Made by a program: the position numbers and the translations under genes. A stretch of 64,000 bases of DNA from Eledone cirrhosa (taxonomy: Eukaryota): the NCBI GenBank assembly GCA_964016885.1, contig OZ024743.1, forward strand, positions 309,938,001 through 310,002,000. The letters run 5' to 3'. The notes beneath the pieces were generated by a model, which worked only from the letters and a program-made list of their open reading frames with translations, was not told where the DNA came from and did not search any database. Shown one piece after another: positions 60,375 through 64,000 of the stretch (positions are counted from its first letter, which is position 1; each line of letters starts with the position of its first letter).

Positions 60375-61148
60375 TAAAGAACTTGTATATGTCAGTACCC
60401 ACATACCATTTACAGTTTGCAACCGATTTTCTTCAAATTTGGAACAAACATACGTTATGTTCCCAGAGGTGTTTTCAAGTTTTTGTCTCATGCGGCCCCT
60501 AGGTGGATGAAGGCTGTCTCTGGATCACCGTGACAATCATGTCACATGTGGGAAACTTAAATAATTGTTGGTTAACATTTTACTCATCTTAGTGTGTTAC
60601 ATACTCTTTAGTTACAAGGAAAAGATCCACCATTGGTCGAAAAACGGCGTATGCTGAGAGAGGGAAAAGAAGAAAAGTAAATTAATCGTCAATGGAGGCT
60701 GCAATTAGTTGATCCCAAGATGATGAACGTAAGGATACTGAAAGAGCGTTAGAAAACTACGAGCAGCGTTGTATTTAAGACATAGGTTACTTATGTGCTC
60801 CGGATGGTCATGGACACTTTCATTTTTCCAGATATTGATTTTAGGACCCCGGAGGAAGATAACCGCTTCCTTGGAGTCGACTAAAGCACTGCAGTGCAAT
60901 GCAACAAAACGTCATAACTTCTGGAGCTCGCAGCTAATTTTCACCAAACTTCACACATGGGCTACGTATGTTTGAACACTCAGAATTGTCACACATTGAG
61001 AAGGGAACCCCTGGGGGCAGGAAACCCCATTTGGAAAAAGCCGATGATGTTGTACAAGTATAGTTTTCGAAACAGCCCTGAAGTATTGATATGATTGCTA
61101 TACAGGACTGTTATTTAATACCCGAGCAACGCCGGGTACCTCTGCTAA
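60375..61148 (+). mobile_element. Second Helitron-like non-autonomous element (5' limit uncertain)
   Basis: AACCGATTTTCTTCAAA near the 5' end, CCCGAGCAACGCCGGG hairpin, CTAA in place of CTAG. Confidence 0.45.
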
Positions 61149-61505
61149 TAGTTATATAAAACCACGAACAAAAAGAAAGTAATTAGAATTTGATTTAACA
61201 CATTTCTTTATCTTCTATATGGGACAAACGTGTGTGTGTGTTTGTATTATGAAGGTAGTACCATTAACATTTTAAATAAACAGAGAGATCAAAAGTAAAA
61301 TTAAAATAAACCAAAACACTGCCTTACGCTGTTTTAATATCACTTTAATTAGAGTAATTGAAAGATAGTAACACGCTTCATCAATGTCAGGATATAATTC
61401 TGTACACACATTCAATTCAGTTTCAAATATACATATACATGTACGCACATACACATACACATATATTTATATATATATGTGTGCGTATTTATGTATGTAT
61501 TTATG

Positions 61506-61539
<34 letters not shown>

Positions 61540-61903
61540 TGCATGCATGCCTGTATATATGTACGTGTGTGTATGCAGGTATCTATGTATTTATGTTTGC
61601 AGGACTTGTGTGGGCATACGTAGGTATACGTATTTACATATGCATGTATGGGTATGTAGATCGGGTGGTGGCCAGTTAAATCTAGTTAACCTAATATCAA
61701 ATGTTTTGACGATCCAAAACGGAGAAAACATGCTTTGCTAATATCAATCCTTTATACATGTTTTAAAGATCCTTTTTATATGTATGTATTTTTTGTATAC
61801 CAAGTGCGCTTTTTAAACCTTTCTTTGAATCATTTTCATCATATATATATATAAACAATTGTAAGTGAACAGGTTAAAATTAACTGCGTTTATTCATAGT
61901 CGA

Positions 61904-61958
61904 TGTTATATATATTTCGGTAATAACCATTATGCAACAGCTATGTCCTCATCAGACA
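61904..61958 (-). ncRNA. Type I HHR
   Basis: tgt CTGATGA gg..atagc...gttat..cc GAAA tatata TA aca; short stem I. Confidence 0.55.
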
Positions 61959-62022
61959 GTTAGAATTTGAACAGAAGAAACAGAAAAACAACGATGGAAT
62001 ATAGCTTACTTCTGTTATTTCG

Positions 62023-62066
<44 letters not shown>

Positions 62067-63109
62067 CTCTCTCTTTTGTTAGGAGCAAGTGGATCGAATG
62101 GCAAATCCCACATTTGCTTCCCGTCGTCCAGAACAGCTGCCACCTCTCCAGGTGACTGTTTAGCCACCACCAAGTTCTGTAAGGTGGTCGATTTACGCAA
62201 AGTGTGTTTCGCTAAGGGCTACAATGCTCACGGTGTAGCAAGCTAGACGTTTCGCTACCTTTGCTGTTTTCTTTCTGCTTTGTCTGTTTTGATGTTGTCT
62301 AGCAGAATTTAGAATTCCCTCTTGCCACGTGTGTAGACCTTAACATTTACGTTGGCTGTCCTAGTTGTTCTACTGCATGCTGGCCAGAGTGTGATGAAGT
62401 AGGCTATATTTAGAGCAATTTTACTAGAGCAATTCATAGAAATGGTTGCTGAGTTCAAATACTACTTCGTTCAGAGGAGAGCAACACTATGCCCTGTGTA
62501 GTCTGTGTGAAGATTTGGGACCACAGCTTCCAGCATATCTGCACCTGCTGTTTCACCAATTGTTCATCACCACAGGACTTGGGGTGTGGGAATGAGTTTA
62601 AAGATTTCATTTGAAGTCATAAATTGCGCTTGGCTTGGATTAAACCGTGTGAAAGTTGCACAAATTGTTCAACTTCACCTTCCTGCCCTGGCCTATCTGT
62701 ATCCAATGTCAAGTGTAGACGGCTGGAAGTAGGTCGACATGCAGTGTATGGCCACCAGTATCATACGCGTCTAAATATTCCCTAACTGCGCTCCACAACT
62801 TTAATGGGTCCACTTTCCTATGTGTTGGACCACGCAGTGCACCGTATCCATTATTCACATATTTAGGTAGACAGGCCCTAGCTCTGTATTAGATGGCCGG
62901 TTGATTTTCATGAGGTTCCCTGCCCTTTCATTAGTTTTAGTTTTCATCCAACATGCTGCTAAAACATCACCCTCCTCATCAAGCAGGCTTAGTCGGGGTG
63001 CCGTTTATCACCGATGATCCGACCGTGCAACAGGTTGTACTGGGTTACACGTTACCAATATCAATATAAGGCAACCTGATTATGATAAAATAATTGTTGA
63101 ACGCCAACT

Positions 63110-63560
63110 CAAAATAAAATGCAGGGTGCAGTACAATGACCTATTCTTGGTTTTCGTAGCTGTGACTAAGGCATTTGATACCGCAAGCATGGATGGACTA
63201 TGGAAGAGGATACGATGGTTTGGCTGCCCAAGCAAGTTCATCGTTGTTGTTGCGGTTACATGATGGTATAATAGTGAATGTTTTGAACGATGATGACGAA
63301 TAAGAAATCTTCCCAGAGACGAATGGTGGGAAGGAAGAATGCCTTCTAGTCCCTGAAGTGTTTGGTATGATATTTTCTACTATGCTGCATCTGATACACG
63401 ACTTCTGATACGGGACTTATTTAATTTCCGACGTCTGTAGACGGTCACAGTTAAAAGCCACCGTGACCAGAGACCTCCTATTCGCTAATAATTACAGCCT
63501 CAATACTAGTTCACAGCAGACTACTTCTCATAAACTTTTGAAAAGTTTGGACTCACAAAT
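63110..63560 (+). pseudogene. Decayed RTE/BovB-like RT fragment
   Basis: TKAFDT...LWK...GCPSKFI...HDG...TNG...FNFRRL...RDLLFA with stops and frameshifts. Confidence 0.7.
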
Positions 63561-63564
63561 TATG

Positions 63565-63690
63565 CTGAATGTAGCTTTACATTACGGGGTCGATAAAATA
63601 AAGTAGCAGTAATTTAACTGGAGTCGATTTCATCGACTTTCCTCTTCACCAAACCTATTAGCCTTGTACCTAAATCAGGAACCATTATAA
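63565..63690 (+). mobile_element. SINE 3' fragment
   Basis: CGGGGTCGATAAAATAAAGTA core and GCCTTGTACCTAAA tail. Confidence 0.6.
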
Positions 63691-64000
63691 GTCAACATGA
63701 TTTCACAGACTAACAATCCTTGAGTTCACTAGTCCTACTTCAAAGCTATTGAAAACAGCCTCTCCTTTATAGCGATACCTGTATTATTATACAGTTACAA
63801 TAATTCATTTGTTCTTACTTTATCAAATTTCCACATACTAAAGCACTAATTGTGTGTGTGTGTTTGTATATGTGTCTCTGTTTGTGTGCGGCTTTTAAGT
63901 GTCCGAGAGAGTGAGATAGAATGCGTATAAGAGTATGTGTATATATGAAGCATTTTAAAAGTATGCACATAAACTTAGGGTTAGATATTGAAGTCATTAA

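Overview
AT-rich, (TA)n/(CA)n-saturated eukaryotic DNA, most likely a coleoid cephalopod (Octopus-like; inferred from the SINE types and microsatellite load). The only host coding sequence I can support is two + strand exons of a TPR-repeat protein (TMTC4-like): 929-1043 and 42370-42509, separated by a ~41.3 kb GT-AG intron. The rest is nested retroelements and repeats: Penelope-like elements (PLEs; one near full-length, several 3' fragments), RTE and CR1 LINEs, tRNA-derived SINEs, two Helitron-like elements and a mariner-like MITE. The main signal is RNA. By eye I count about 35 type I hammerhead ribozyme (HHR) motifs from more than 15 sequence families. They sit in PLE pseudo-LTRs and in 310-590 nt non-coding units that occur as tandem, circularly permuted or fold-back copies (retrozyme-like). 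Two divergent ~310 nt units share a covarying multi-hairpin architecture around different HHRs, suggesting a family of structured self-cleaving, possibly circular, RNAs mobilised by PLEs. All folds were read by eye and no activity was tested. Most ORFs in the track are microsatellite artefacts.
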